Positions 15,200 through 25,715 of a stretch of 51,756 nucleotides of DNA are shown here, piece after piece. Both the position numbers and the translations under genes were made by a program. Position 1 is the first letter of the stretch; every line of letters starts with the position of its first letter. The notes beneath the pieces were generated by a model. The model ran no database searches. It was given only the letters and a program-made list of their open reading frames with translations, and was not told the DNA's origin. The stretch is from IMG/VR virus record IMGVR_UViG_3300024254_000011, positions 1-51,756 of that record; one strand, 5' to 3'. This DNA comes from a virus (Duplodnaviria > Caudoviricetes).

Positions 15200-15522
15200 G
15201 TCCCGGGAGTATTCTGCGGAACAGCTGCTTGCAGCGCCGTATTGGTAGCTTGCAGATCATCAGCGGCTTTGGTAATAGCAGCAAGGTCCTCTGCGTCGAT
15301 CGCTTGGCCGGGTTGAATAGCAGCGATCTGAGCTTTGAGGTCAGCGATTTGGTTTGCTTCCAATGCTAGTGCGTCTTGCGCTGACTTCACCGCATTGGTG
15401 TTAGCTGCTACTGCATCAACAAGGCGCTGTACTTGTGCATCAAGTGCCATTATCTTTCTCCATAGGTTGTTATTAGACAAGATTAGATCGATAGCCCAAT
15501 TTGGTGTTCCGAATAGTGGCAT
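15196..15522 (-). CDS. Ala-rich coiled-coil protein (alternative start 15450)
   Basis: Two RBS-preceded ATGs; last gene of the late operon. Confidence 0.7.
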   Translation of the reverse strand: MPLFGTPNWAIDLILSNNNLWRKIMALDAQVQRLVDAVAANTNAVKSAQDALALEANQIADLKAQIAAIQPGQAIDAEDLAAITKAADDLQATNTALQAAVPQNTPGT

Positions 15523-15545
15523 TACATAGTCTTCTCCTTTCTCTC

Positions 15546-15971
15546 CTACTTAGCAGGGACTGTTACGATAGCCAGCTTCCTTAAGTTCTCCTCGAGAGAT
15601 TTAATCCGCTCCTTTATCTCGAGAAGCTCACGAGTAGTGCTAGTTCCGATAGCCTGTAGTTCTCCAACGGTTGGACGAGTTGCCTCTATGATCTTTATTC
15701 GTTCGTTTATAGTCGATACTTCATGGTCCATCCGCTTCGTAAACTCATTACTCTCATTCCGATGGATGCTTTCGTTTCTTATTCTTTCCTCTTCTCGTTG
15801 TAGTTCATCTAGCCTTTTGGAAAAGGATCGGGTGGTTGTATCAATCTGCCTGTCGATACTTGCTAGTTGAGATTGCAGTAACGTCCAGCCCCCGCCACCG
15901 GCCGTGATTAGAACACCGAGAGTGACCATGATGTTGTACCACGTCACTCCCCCGCTTGGACGGTCCGGCAC
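15546..15971 (-). CDS. TM-anchored coiled-coil protein, possible i-spanin-like
   Basis: N-terminal TM then coiled coil; in the lysis cassette. Confidence 0.6.
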   Translation of the reverse strand: MPDRPSGGVTWYNIMVTLGVLITAGGGGWTLLQSQLASIDRQIDTTTRSFSKRLDELQREEERIRNESIHRNESNEFTKRMDHEVSTINERIKIIEATRPTVGELQAIGTSTTRELLEIKERIKSLEENLRKLAIVTVPAK

Positions 15972-15981
15972 TTAGCCCTCC

Positions 15982-16272
15982 TTATTGAGCCATGCCGTCG
16001 CTATCAGGCATAGCCGCTGCTGCCTCAAACTCCGCGTCGATCTTCTCTTCCAAGGCATCAAGGTCTTGAAGCTGCTGGTCGGTGATCGTCTTGTTATCCC
16101 TCAGCGCATCCACAATGTTCTTCACCAACGGCACCAAGTCTTGGAACTCCTTCACCAGTATCGGGATCAACTCAACCAAGGTGTTGATGATCGCTGTGAT
16201 AGAGCTAGACACTCCAAGAGATGGAGCGATCTGCGCTAGCACAGTCAACAGTAGAGTAATTGCGCTGCTCAT
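15982..16272 (-). CDS. Lysis-cassette hypothetical protein
   Basis: Amphipathic N-terminus, acidic C-terminus; coupled to the lipoprotein gene. Confidence 0.7.
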   Translation of the reverse strand: MSSAITLLLTVLAQIAPSLGVSSSITAIINTLVELIPILVKEFQDLVPLVKNIVDALRDNKTITDQQLQDLDALEEKIDAEFEAAAAMPDSDGMAQ

Positions 16273-16670
16273 TTTGCTACTCCTGAGATGTTATACTGCG
16301 CTGAGATTTGTTGTAACGTTGCAGTAGCTGTAGTGAGCGTATTATACATGCCGATGGGCCCCCAAGTTCCAGGAGGGTTTTGCTTCTGCCACTGGACAAG
16401 GTTAGTCCTAGCAATACGGCCTGACCGCACCGCAGGGATAAGCTTGGCGATAGCGGTCTTGGAGCAGCCGGGAGTACTAGGGTGAACCTTACAATAGACA
16501 ATGTAATTGGTGGCAGTGACTTCAACAGCGTCGAAGGAGTTTCTGGCAACGTAGATTGCTGTTGGTGAGGCTCCGTTGACAGCTGAGGTTGTGACGTTAT
16601 AAAAGGACTGCAATCCAGCGCAGCCTCCTAACGACAGCGCAAGGGTAGCGATCAGTAGAAGTTTCTTCAT
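16269..16670 (-). CDS. Lipoprotein, possible spanin component
   Basis: MKKLLLIATLALSLGGC lipobox. Confidence 0.75.
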   Translation of the reverse strand: MKKLLLIATLALSLGGCAGLQSFYNVTTSAVNGASPTAIYVARNSFDAVEVTATNYIVYCKVHPSTPGCSKTAIAKLIPAVRSGRIARTNLVQWQKQNPPGTWGPIGMYNTLTTATATLQQISAQYNISGVAK

Positions 16671-16954
16671 GAGGTCACCTTTGGTAGTGAGGGGTCATTG
16701 TTAAGAGTGTCGCTAGTAGTGGTGATCTTCGTTACCTCTGGTAGCGCCTGTGCGCTGGCTAGGATACCATGTGGACGATTAATCCAATAGCCCCAGAAGG
16801 CAGCGGCGATAGCAACGATTAAGGTCCCAATCCCTGCCACGTCCTGAGGACCGAGATAGCCCTTACCGGCGAGCCAAGCTAGGAGGATATAGACCACCCT
16901 TTCTAACGGCGCACGGATTTGATCGAAGGTTATGTTCTTGAGAGCGTCGCTCAT
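16667..16954 (-). CDS. Putative holin
   Basis: Small protein with 2 hydrophobic segments directly after the endolysin. Confidence 0.7.
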   Translation of the reverse strand: MSDALKNITFDQIRAPLERVVYILLAWLAGKGYLGPQDVAGIGTLIVAIAAAFWGYWINRPHGILASAQALPEVTKITTTSDTLNNDPSLPKVTS

Positions 16955-17481
16955 ACGATTGTCCTTCCCTGATCTAGCATTGCTAGAGCGTTTGTTTTTA
17001 CATGAGTTACGCGGTTGAGCCAGCCTTTGAGGAACCGAGGCTGGCCTAGTGAACGGTAGTACTTTTCCTTTACTCTAGAGTAGTCCTGAATCAACTGGAT
17101 AGGGTCCGCATCTTTGATAGCCTGTCTAGTGATGGGCCCAACCCTCCCATCGTCATCAACGCCAAGGGCCCTTTGGAGAAGGATAGTCGCACGATTAGGC
17201 CCTGCGTTGACGGCCATGTCGAAGTAGAGGTAGTCCACGCCGTTAGGGAGAAGGTCGCAAGGGGTGCCCCAGTATTCATCGTGGTAGATGGTCCTTACCT
17301 CAGCGTCAGAAGCCGTCCATACGTCTCTAGTTGGAAGCCCCTGCTCCTTCCGCCAAGCGTTGTATTCCCTTTGCGTTATCCCTCGAGAGGTTCTCCCTCC
17401 ATGATCGAGTGGATCGTCGTCGTTGCCTCCTTCATCTATAAGGAGGTAATGGAGCGCTTTGTCGAAGTTTTCTTTCATCAC
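16951..17481 (-). CDS. Endolysin, glycoside hydrolase family 108 with peptidoglycan-binding C-terminus
   Basis: EGG..DDP.D.GG.T..GIT, FDMAVNAG, DGRVGPIT, FLKGWLNR. Confidence 0.93.
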   Translation of the reverse strand: MMKENFDKALHYLLIDEGGNDDDPLDHGGRTSRGITQREYNAWRKEQGLPTRDVWTASDAEVRTIYHDEYWGTPCDLLPNGVDYLYFDMAVNAGPNRATILLQRALGVDDDGRVGPITRQAIKDADPIQLIQDYSRVKEKYYRSLGQPRFLKGWLNRVTHVKTNALAMLDQGRTIV

Positions 17482-20400
17482 TTCACCACATGTTTCTTTG
17501 TTGTGCCGCGGGTTAGACCTTGGAACCAGTCTTCAAAGGTCCTAGGATGGGCTTGTTCATTCATTAGATCAATGCCAAAGTGAGCTAGGTTCCCAAGCTC
17601 CTTAGGTGCCTTACCTGTTACTTGACCAAAGGTAGTGATAGCGTCTCCAACGGTCTTACCTGCATACTGCGGTGACACCGCTCGTTCCCCTCTTCTAAGA
17701 TCACGGATGAGTTGCGCTGTGTCGTGTAGTGGAGAAGAGAGAAGCCCTACCCCAGGGTCTTGCCCTGTGGTCCAAGCATGCATTAGATCACGGAGATAGA
17801 GGATCGAAGCACCTAGACCGTGAAGGGTACCGGTAAGGATATGTGATCCCCAACCTCTACGATCGTCGGTAGTGATGCCTGTAACAAGTTCTTCAACTGC
17901 TATAGGTACTAGAACATGGGCTATTACCCGGCCGAGGATATCCGGAATGTTTCCAGCGGCCCTTCTTACCCCTTCGTTCCGACCAAGCTTATAGGTGTCG
18001 TTAAGAACATGGGCTAGCTCAATCCTGCGCTGCATTACAGTACCGAAGAACCCATAGATGGAGGTTAGCCAACCGTGAAGAGGACCACCACCACGCACTA
18101 GCGCAGGTTGGTTGGTAATGGCTGTAGAACCGTGGGCCCTACGAACAGCACGTTCGGCTAGTTCAATGGCCTGACCATGGGTATCGCCTTGTTCTATAGC
18201 TTCTCGATACGCCGCAAGCCAAGTAGGACGGACGGATAGCATATCTGACTGCGCTACTAGCCATGAACCTGCTTCGATAATCCGTTCTCGGGTAGTGCCC
18301 TTACCATAGAGATAGGCATGCTCTCCTTGAATAGTATCCTGCCAATGCCTTCTTCTTCTTCCAACCTCTTCACTCCATTGATCAACGAACTTCTTATTAA
18401 GTTCACCGAACTCTTCACTCCTACCGTAGAGGCCGGTCACTGATCTAAGGAACTGCTCAGCGAAGTTCTTTACTCCCACTTCCCTTGCGCTGAGGACGAG
18501 AGCAGTAGGTCCATGCTTCAGCGCAGTATAGATATTGAGGCCGATATAGGAACTGATAACGTTCTGTCTAAGGAACTCAGACAGGGCGCTGGCTTCATGG
18601 TAAGCCTTTGAAGGTATACCTTCAGCGCCAGCAATACCTTTGAGATAGCTGTTTAATCCATCAGTATAGTGGGCACCATACCGCTTGGTGATTTCATTCC
18701 TCAACCCTTCATCACGGAATATCTTCTCTACCTCAAGGATAGGCCCACGGAAGACGGTGTCATGAATGATCTGCGTTAAGCGAATAGGTATCATATCAGG
18801 GTTCAGATCAAGGGGATAGATAGCGCCAGTACGAGCCTTGGTATAGCCGTTAGCGGTTCTAGCATGAGAGTTGTCAGTGCTATCGTAGACCGACCCACCC
18901 TTCTGCCTAACGCTCTGACCAGATATCTTATTCCCTTCGGCGTCGATATAGGCCTCGACCTTAGGATGCTTGATCAAAGGATGGTACCAGCCGTCGTACT
19001 CTTTCTGTGTTCCATCCTTAAAGGTAACTGTGAAAGGCTTTAGCTCTATCTTCTCAGGCGCTACACCGTATACCTTCGCATACTCCCGCTGCGCTCCTTC
19101 AAAGGCCTTCTTAAACATTGCCCCCATCTTCTCAGCACGGTCCCACATCTCCTTCGTAGAGTTCTGGAAGAGCCACTGCTTCAACCCTTCCGGATCACGT
19201 CCATAGCCTCTGGCTAAGACGTTCCAGTTGCTTTCATTCCCGGCGTTATGGATCATTACCATAACGTTCCCAACGGTGAAGTTACGCATTGGAGTGCCGG
19301 TAGGATTGGTCTTCTCATCAATGCTTAATGGGTCGATGAAGGGGGAGTCTACCAGCTTGTTCTGATCCTTGAGTTCTCCTATCTCCCGGTATATCTTAGC
19401 ATACTCTCTTTGTATCTTTGCCTTCTCATTAGCAGCGCCAGCGAGTGGATAGACAACGAACCTATTAAAGACCCCTCTAGGATCATCACGATCGAAGCGG
19501 TTCATCAGAGTCTCTAGGTTAGTGCTTGCCGCTAGGAAGGTCTTTGGTAGCTGCAACGTCTTCTGCATAAGTGTAGGAGTAGCAACAGCCTGTGGCTTTA
19601 ACGAGAAGGTCCTAACCTTATCCTTCATCTGATCGAGAAGGTCTTGCCGAGCGATAGAAGCTTGCTGCGTTGTTACCTTTAACTCCGCCTTCCCCATCTT
19701 GCTCAGCGCAGTCAGCGCCATATGCACCTGCTTGAGCTCTTCAAACGTCATCTTCTCAACCGGCTTCGACCACTTCTGGCCATCAGCGCCGACGGACATA
19801 AGGAAGTCAGGGATAGGCATATCGTCCATGCCCATACGAGAGTTGAAGCGAGAGTTGACGAAGTCTCTAAGGTCCTCATAGCCTGAACGGGCTATCTCAG
19901 TAGCAAGGTCAGCAGGGGTACGAGCTACAGGCTTGCCAATGCGAAGAAGGATATCGTGAATGAAGTTGGTGTACTCTTGCGCTGTACCAGAGACTAGCTT
20001 ACCGGGGCTACCGCGTTTGCTATAGGTCTCGGCGATGCTATCAACCTTACTCAGTACGTTCTTCTCTGCCTTGACAGCTAGTTGAGCCTTGGTTATTGCG
20101 GTGAATTGCGCTTGCTTCTCCTTGAAAGCACCGACGAAGTCTCCTTTCAATAGAAGGTCTTCAACCACCTTCCCTGATCTATTAGCCTCCTGCATAAAGG
20201 TCTTGGAGTCAATATCGCCGACATGTATCTTATTGAACTCTTCAGTGATCCAGGACTTAACCTTATCCCTTTCAAACGGAAGTTTAGCGCCAGCCTCTGG
20301 CTTTACTCCAGCCCGTTCAGCTAACGCAAGAATGTCCTCATGAACACTATCAAGGGATGAACGGAACTGTCGATCCTGTATCTCCTGAAAGACGTTACCC

Positions 20401-23400
20401 GCTAAGCTTCCGTACTTCTCCTGCATCCTTCTCTCAGTTTCTTTATCGACCATGTAATTGATAAAGTGCTTCCCATATTTATTCAGGTCCTTCTGCATCT
20501 GGTTCAGCATAACCAGCCGGTCGATCATAGCCGTACCGGAATGGAAGCCTAAAGCCCCGGCTAGGTCGTCAGGGTTGCGGGTGTCTCTACGAACGTAATC
20601 AACAGGGAGGCCCTTCCTCTGCTCAGGGGTGAGGTAGCGGGGATCGATCTTCGGAGGCCTACCAGTTTGGCCAAAGAGGGTCCCTGTCCGGAACCATTCA
20701 TTAGCAGCGATATCGGGACGGTTGTAGATATCTTGCTCAACGTCCTTGCGCATAGCGGCTGCATTGTCTTTCCACTCTTTGGATTGCCGCTTTATCTCTT
20801 CCTTGGTTATTCGCTCTTGCTCCGCTGCGTGTTCGGCCTTTAGCTGTTCGTTCATCCGAAGGTTATAGCGCCGATACGTCTGCGGAGAGAGACCGAAGGT
20901 ACCAGGGGTCTTAGCAACGTCGGTGACAGGTCCTTCGAGTTTCTTCTGCTGGGCCGCTTCTTCAGCACTGATTTTGAAGCCAGCTTCCTTTACCTTCCCC
21001 TTAACCCCCGGCTCTTTAAACTCAGGAAACGCAGCATGAAGCTGTTCAAAGCCTTGACTTGCGTGGAGAACAGCATCAAGAACAGTAGGCGTTGGGCGGC
21101 TTCCAATGATCCTCTCTAAGATGCTGGCGATAACTTCTCTGATAGCATCCCAAACGTTCTTTACACCACCCTTCATCTTATAGAACTGTGCAAACTCATT
21201 TGGCAATGGAACGTGAGAGAGGGTAGTTTGTAGGTCCTGATTTGACCAAGCCTCTGCAATGAACTCCCCAACGTGTGTAAAGGCGTAGTCATGGAACTTA
21301 CGTTGCTCAGGTAGGTTCTTAGCCATCCATGTATCAGCGGCGTTCATTAGGTCTGTGAATTGAGCATGGAGTAGCTGATCTGCCATAATCGCACGGTAGG
21401 TAACGGCATGAGTGAGTTCGTGCAATAAGGTATGCGCTGTCCACTCTCTTCCGGAGGTACCGTCGATGGTTCTAGCTGGCATTACCACGGTGTGGGTGAC
21501 TGCATCGTAGAAGGCAGCGCTAGTAGGTCTCTTCTCTGTGAATTCAGCGTCGCCTACGATCTTGACCTCAACGTCACCGGCCAATTCCTTAAGCCGCTTA
21601 GTAAAGAACTTGTTTAGCTCCTTTCCAATAGAGCTAGTCGTATACTCTGGCGTAACCATATCGAGAGCGTCTTTAGCCTTGAAGCTAGCGATCGCTACGA
21701 ACTCGGCCCGATTGGTCTTAAAACCATGTGGGGCAAAGTTAGCCGTAGGAGGGACCAGCGCAATAGGAGAGGAGACAACGTTCATATGGAAGGCGAGGTT
21801 CTCCAGCATATCTGGAGAGGGGTTGCGCAAGGAGATTTTAGCTATTCCTCTTCCCTTACCAGCTTCCACCCTGGCGCCAGATACTCTCATCCCTCCAATA
21901 GTCTCTACGTTAGGGAACTCATTTTTGATTTGAGCTAGGAGGTCCCTTATGACACGAGGTCCAAAGGCATTTGCCACAGCCTCACCGGGTCGGCGGCCAC
22001 CTATCCAGTTTATGTCTAAATGATTATTAATCGTATCCTCATAAACAGATAGACTACCAATGTTCTTACCTCCCTGATCTATAAGATTGAATCTCCTACC
22101 TGGCTGTAGAGCAGCCTCCATATCTGTGAGGTGACTTGTATCTTCAGGCTCTAACTTTAGCTTCTGCATCCTCTCCGCATCAAACAGTGGCTCTGCATGG
22201 ATCGAAGCCCTAATAGCATCAGTAGGCCCATGCCCTGTCTCTAAGACCGGTATCCTCTCCTGATCAGCGGAGTCCTTTACGAAGTCGATATCCTCCTTGC
22301 TCAGCCCACCCTTTCTAACTGTGATGAAATCTTCAAACTCTTTAGCAAGCTCAGGGTCCATCTTCGAGAGCCAATCGGAGAGGGGAACATTGATCTTGCC
22401 ATTGTTAGCTTCTAGTAATGACAGCCTCTCCTTAAGGTCTGGTATCCAACCGAGCTTGCCATCATCAGGTAGTGGGTCCTTTTCTCCATATAGCATCCTG
22501 ATCTTCTGTGCCGAGATACCGATGGTGCCGTTGGTATGCTGATCAAGATACTCTCCAAGCATCTTTGGAGAACGTTCCTTTAACGCAGCGCCATTAACCT
22601 CTTGCTCTGTCTCTTTAAAGTCTTTGAGATTCTTCTCAGCTTCCATGACCTTCAATAGATCGTAGGTAGGAGATATCCCAATAGGCGGCTCTTCACCGTG
22701 TCTAATATACTCCATCAAATGCCTAGCACGAACCTTATCAATCATCTCCTTAGCAGCAGTAACGATCGCTTCCGGCGCTACAGTAGCTCGATGTGGTCCA
22801 CCGCCTATTAGCTCCATCTCCGCCATGCCGGTGAGTTCTCGAGCGAGGGAGATGGCCTGTTGCTCTGTACCACCGGATTGTAGGACAGCCTCTTTAGTAG
22901 CCGCTGAAGCACCTTCAAGGAAGCCAGTCATACCACGGTCTAGGAGTTCGAATGGAACGCCAAGAATGTTCCAAGCAGCGGTACCTGCTCGTTGAATACC
23001 ACCAGCGTCGTAAGCTTCCATACCACCGGGTTGGCGCATGGCCCCAGTGCCGATGCTATAGTCTCGATGCCAGCCCTTGACGAAGCCTTGGATACCTTCA
23101 TTGATAATGGAGGAAGGAGCGCCAATGAGACCACTCTGGCGCATCTTCTGTGTTACAAGATCAAGCTGTCCAAGATCATCGTTGGTGATCTTAGGCGCTA
23201 GGGGTTGGTCGTTAAGGAATTGAGAGAGGTAGGCGTTGTTGCGCAGCAGCTGTCCCGTCAGCGCAGCCTTGTGCTGTTGTTCGAACTTCTCCATATTGCT
23301 ATAAACAACAACAGGATGTGCACCAGTAGCATCAGCTAGCTCCTGCGCTCTCGCCGCCTTCTCAGGATCGTCTTCAAAAGAAGATAGCGCAGCCGCTACA

Positions 23401-23474
23401 GAACGGCGTTGTTCATTCTCAACAAACTGCTGTGGGTCGAAAGGGACTACGTTATCTTCTTCTTCATTGGGCAT
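17478..23474 (-). CDS. Large internal virion/ejection protein with a zincin (HEXXH) domain
   Basis: 1998 aa at the T7 gp16-like position; LLHELTH...EFIAEAWSN. Confidence 0.8.
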   Translation of the reverse strand: MPNEEEDNVVPFDPQQFVENEQRRSVAAALSSFEDDPEKAARAQELADATGAHPVVVYSNMEKFEQQHKAALTGQLLRNNAYLSQFLNDQPLAPKITNDDLGQLDLVTQKMRQSGLIGAPSSIINEGIQGFVKGWHRDYSIGTGAMRQPGGMEAYDAGGIQRAGTAAWNILGVPFELLDRGMTGFLEGASAATKEAVLQSGGTEQQAISLARELTGMAEMELIGGGPHRATVAPEAIVTAAKEMIDKVRARHLMEYIRHGEEPPIGISPTYDLLKVMEAEKNLKDFKETEQEVNGAALKERSPKMLGEYLDQHTNGTIGISAQKIRMLYGEKDPLPDDGKLGWIPDLKERLSLLEANNGKINVPLSDWLSKMDPELAKEFEDFITVRKGGLSKEDIDFVKDSADQERIPVLETGHGPTDAIRASIHAEPLFDAERMQKLKLEPEDTSHLTDMEAALQPGRRFNLIDQGGKNIGSLSVYEDTINNHLDINWIGGRRPGEAVANAFGPRVIRDLLAQIKNEFPNVETIGGMRVSGARVEAGKGRGIAKISLRNPSPDMLENLAFHMNVVSSPIALVPPTANFAPHGFKTNRAEFVAIASFKAKDALDMVTPEYTTSSIGKELNKFFTKRLKELAGDVEVKIVGDAEFTEKRPTSAAFYDAVTHTVVMPARTIDGTSGREWTAHTLLHELTHAVTYRAIMADQLLHAQFTDLMNAADTWMAKNLPEQRKFHDYAFTHVGEFIAEAWSNQDLQTTLSHVPLPNEFAQFYKMKGGVKNVWDAIREVIASILERIIGSRPTPTVLDAVLHASQGFEQLHAAFPEFKEPGVKGKVKEAGFKISAEEAAQQKKLEGPVTDVAKTPGTFGLSPQTYRRYNLRMNEQLKAEHAAEQERITKEEIKRQSKEWKDNAAAMRKDVEQDIYNRPDIAANEWFRTGTLFGQTGRPPKIDPRYLTPEQRKGLPVDYVRRDTRNPDDLAGALGFHSGTAMIDRLVMLNQMQKDLNKYGKHFINYMVDKETERRMQEKYGSLAGNVFQEIQDRQFRSSLDSVHEDILALAERAGVKPEAGAKLPFERDKVKSWITEEFNKIHVGDIDSKTFMQEANRSGKVVEDLLLKGDFVGAFKEKQAQFTAITKAQLAVKAEKNVLSKVDSIAETYSKRGSPGKLVSGTAQEYTNFIHDILLRIGKPVARTPADLATEIARSGYEDLRDFVNSRFNSRMGMDDMPIPDFLMSVGADGQKWSKPVEKMTFEELKQVHMALTALSKMGKAELKVTTQQASIARQDLLDQMKDKVRTFSLKPQAVATPTLMQKTLQLPKTFLAASTNLETLMNRFDRDDPRGVFNRFVVYPLAGAANEKAKIQREYAKIYREIGELKDQNKLVDSPFIDPLSIDEKTNPTGTPMRNFTVGNVMVMIHNAGNESNWNVLARGYGRDPEGLKQWLFQNSTKEMWDRAEKMGAMFKKAFEGAQREYAKVYGVAPEKIELKPFTVTFKDGTQKEYDGWYHPLIKHPKVEAYIDAEGNKISGQSVRQKGGSVYDSTDNSHARTANGYTKARTGAIYPLDLNPDMIPIRLTQIIHDTVFRGPILEVEKIFRDEGLRNEITKRYGAHYTDGLNSYLKGIAGAEGIPSKAYHEASALSEFLRQNVISSYIGLNIYTALKHGPTALVLSAREVGVKNFAEQFLRSVTGLYGRSEEFGELNKKFVDQWSEEVGRRRRHWQDTIQGEHAYLYGKGTTRERIIEAGSWLVAQSDMLSVRPTWLAAYREAIEQGDTHGQAIELAERAVRRAHGSTAITNQPALVRGGGPLHGWLTSIYGFFGTVMQRRIELAHVLNDTYKLGRNEGVRRAAGNIPDILGRVIAHVLVPIAVEELVTGITTDDRRGWGSHILTGTLHGLGASILYLRDLMHAWTTGQDPGVGLLSSPLHDTAQLIRDLRRGERAVSPQYAGKTVGDAITTFGQVTGKAPKELGNLAHFGIDLMNEQAHPRTFEDWFQGLTRGTTKKHVVK

Positions 23475-25200
23475 CTTTTAACGGCTTTCTATAGAACTTG
23501 TTGTACAGCGTCTGGGTGTAGGCCCGATAGACTTCTTCGTCCGACAAGCTCCTGCCCTTATCAGTCATATCGGCCCTGAGCTTCTGATCAAAGTCCTTAT
23601 ACCCCTGTGTATAGGTTGGAGCTTTAAAGACCGGATACTCGTTAGTTCCGTAGAACCTACCCGGGAAGGTATGTGGCTGGATAAGGGTTGGGAAGATTTC
23701 GTCGATAAGCTCCTTATCAGTAGGCTTCTTTCCCTTTGTTTCCAAATGGCTATCAAGAGCCGCTTGGAGATTTTGGGTAAAGTGATCGTAGTCGATCTTG
23801 TTAGCCTCAGTACGTTTGAATACCTGTAGTGCTTCCAACTGTGGCCCTACTGCATTACGAAGAACAGTCATAGCAGGACCAACTCGGGGATCGGTCTGTT
23901 GGCCTTTGATGATCTTATCTCTCATGGCCATCAAATTCTTATAATCACCTTCGGATAGCCTCTCCTGATCGAGCCTTGTGTTAAGGAACTCTATAGTGTC
24001 GTTAGTGGAAAGGGCTCTTAATCTCTTGTAATTAGCAACCATTTCATCAGCTTGTTTCTGATTGGTATAGCCGCGAACCTGTGCCTCTAATGGCTTCTTC
24101 TTTAATGAGCTATTGGCTGGCAGCGCATCATACGCTGTCTTGCTAACAGGATCAGACATTATCTCAGCAGAAGTCTTACCGTCCTGTATCGATTGATAGA
24201 TAATCTGTTCGTTCTTGCGCTGTTCAATAGTCTCAGCATGAGTGGTCTGGTTCCATCTATGCGCTAACTTATCAACTGCATGTTGAGCCATTATCTTATT
24301 ATTAGGAAATTGCCTCTCTGCCTCGGCCTTAGCTCTATTCTGCATAGACTCTAACGACTCTTGAGGTTTAGTAGCTGTGCCTCTACCTTCTCTAAAGATA
24401 TCATCAGCAATTCTCTCAGAGCCTTCTGACGTTGCTTTAGAATTAACGGCAGTCTCCGCAGCCTTAACGTCCTCCGGAGTCATCTTAGTCTTGAGGTTGT
24501 CAAGCATATGTGATGCTCTTTCAGCATCAGTAAAGGCGCCACCAGCAATCTTCTCTCGATAAAGTCCGCTAAGCTCCTTCTTCAATAGCGCCTGAGCAAC
24601 CGGCCCACTCATATCACCGCCAAGCAGTTGAACCTTCGACTCAACAGCCCTTGTAAGCTTCGCCTCCTGAATAGCTAGATTAGCCTCATCAAACGGGCTA
24701 TCCGATACCGACTTCCTCGCCATGAATATCTCAGCATCAGCAGTCTTATCCATCCACTGCTTCTGAGCCGAAGCCGCTGCACCAGCGCCGTTGAAGATAG
24801 TCCGGCCGATTGTAGACAGCGCATTGCCGTCGTACATTCGCCTAGCGCCGTCGTTAGAGATACTTCCCCTTATCCTCTGGTGAGCGTCGAATATATCCTG
24901 TTTATACTTAGGAAACGCATCAACCCTCGCCTGTCCTTCCAACGAGTCATACTTAGCGTGCAGGTCCCCAAGCTCTCCCATAAGCTGTAGGTCAGCCTGT
25001 CGAGCTTCGGTTTCGTTGTTAAGGTTCTGGAAGGCTACGGCTCGGCTGAAGAGTTCATCTCCAGTCCTAGCTATATTCTGCCCAAGCCCTTCCGTAGCTC
25101 TAGCAACACCTACACCAAAGGCTTCCGGTGGAGTAGCGATATTAGTCGCTTGATCACCCGGCGCTACTTCTGAATAAGGCTGATATGGTACTCTTGGCAT
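23464..25200 (-). CDS. Internal virion/ejection protein (gp15-like position)
   Basis: MPRVPY start, helical 578 aa, synteny. Confidence 0.7.
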   Translation of the reverse strand: MPRVPYQPYSEVAPGDQATNIATPPEAFGVGVARATEGLGQNIARTGDELFSRAVAFQNLNNETEARQADLQLMGELGDLHAKYDSLEGQARVDAFPKYKQDIFDAHQRIRGSISNDGARRMYDGNALSTIGRTIFNGAGAAASAQKQWMDKTADAEIFMARKSVSDSPFDEANLAIQEAKLTRAVESKVQLLGGDMSGPVAQALLKKELSGLYREKIAGGAFTDAERASHMLDNLKTKMTPEDVKAAETAVNSKATSEGSERIADDIFREGRGTATKPQESLESMQNRAKAEAERQFPNNKIMAQHAVDKLAHRWNQTTHAETIEQRKNEQIIYQSIQDGKTSAEIMSDPVSKTAYDALPANSSLKKKPLEAQVRGYTNQKQADEMVANYKRLRALSTNDTIEFLNTRLDQERLSEGDYKNLMAMRDKIIKGQQTDPRVGPAMTVLRNAVGPQLEALQVFKRTEANKIDYDHFTQNLQAALDSHLETKGKKPTDKELIDEIFPTLIQPHTFPGRFYGTNEYPVFKAPTYTQGYKDFDQKLRADMTDKGRSLSDEEVYRAYTQTLYNKFYRKPLKDAQ

Positions 25201-25715
25201 TAGACTAACACCTTTGTTCCGCTACCACCGAATAGTCCGATGGACCGTCCTTGCAGCCACTTATCTGACACGGAGCCAGCTGTGCTGAGGAGAGAGCCAG
25301 CGGCTCCAATCTCTCCAGCAGTCCTAGCTTCCTTCCCTGCGAATACATCAAGCTTGGCTTCCTCTTGCTCGCCGTAGGCCTTACGAAGGAAGTTGGCTCT
25401 AGTGATCCCTTGCTCTTGAAGTCCTACATCATGCATGCTGTCTCTGACTTCTGGAGCAGAGCCACGGAATACGTCTAGGTTGCTGGCTCCTTGCGTTGCT
25501 CTGGTCTGCCCTATCTCGAACCGCGTCTTCATCCCCGATCGTTGCGCCGCTACATCTCCTGCTGCCTGTTCATACATTGCGTTCTGGGCCGCTACAGCAG
25601 CTTTGTACTTGTACATCTCCGCCGAAGCTTGGCCCTCTTGCATCTTACCAAAGGCAGTAACAGCGCCTCCAGCTACTGTAGCCCCCAAGGCTACCATTGA
25701 GATAGGGTCAGCCAT
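25200..25715 (-). CDS. Internal virion protein (gp14-like)
   Basis: MADP start, Gly/Ala-rich hydrophobic ends, synteny. Confidence 0.75.
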   Translation of the reverse strand: MADPISMVALGATVAGGAVTAFGKMQEGQASAEMYKYKAAVAAQNAMYEQAAGDVAAQRSGMKTRFEIGQTRATQGASNLDVFRGSAPEVRDSMHDVGLQEQGITRANFLRKAYGEQEEAKLDVFAGKEARTAGEIGAAGSLLSTAGSVSDKWLQGRSIGLFGGSGTKVLV

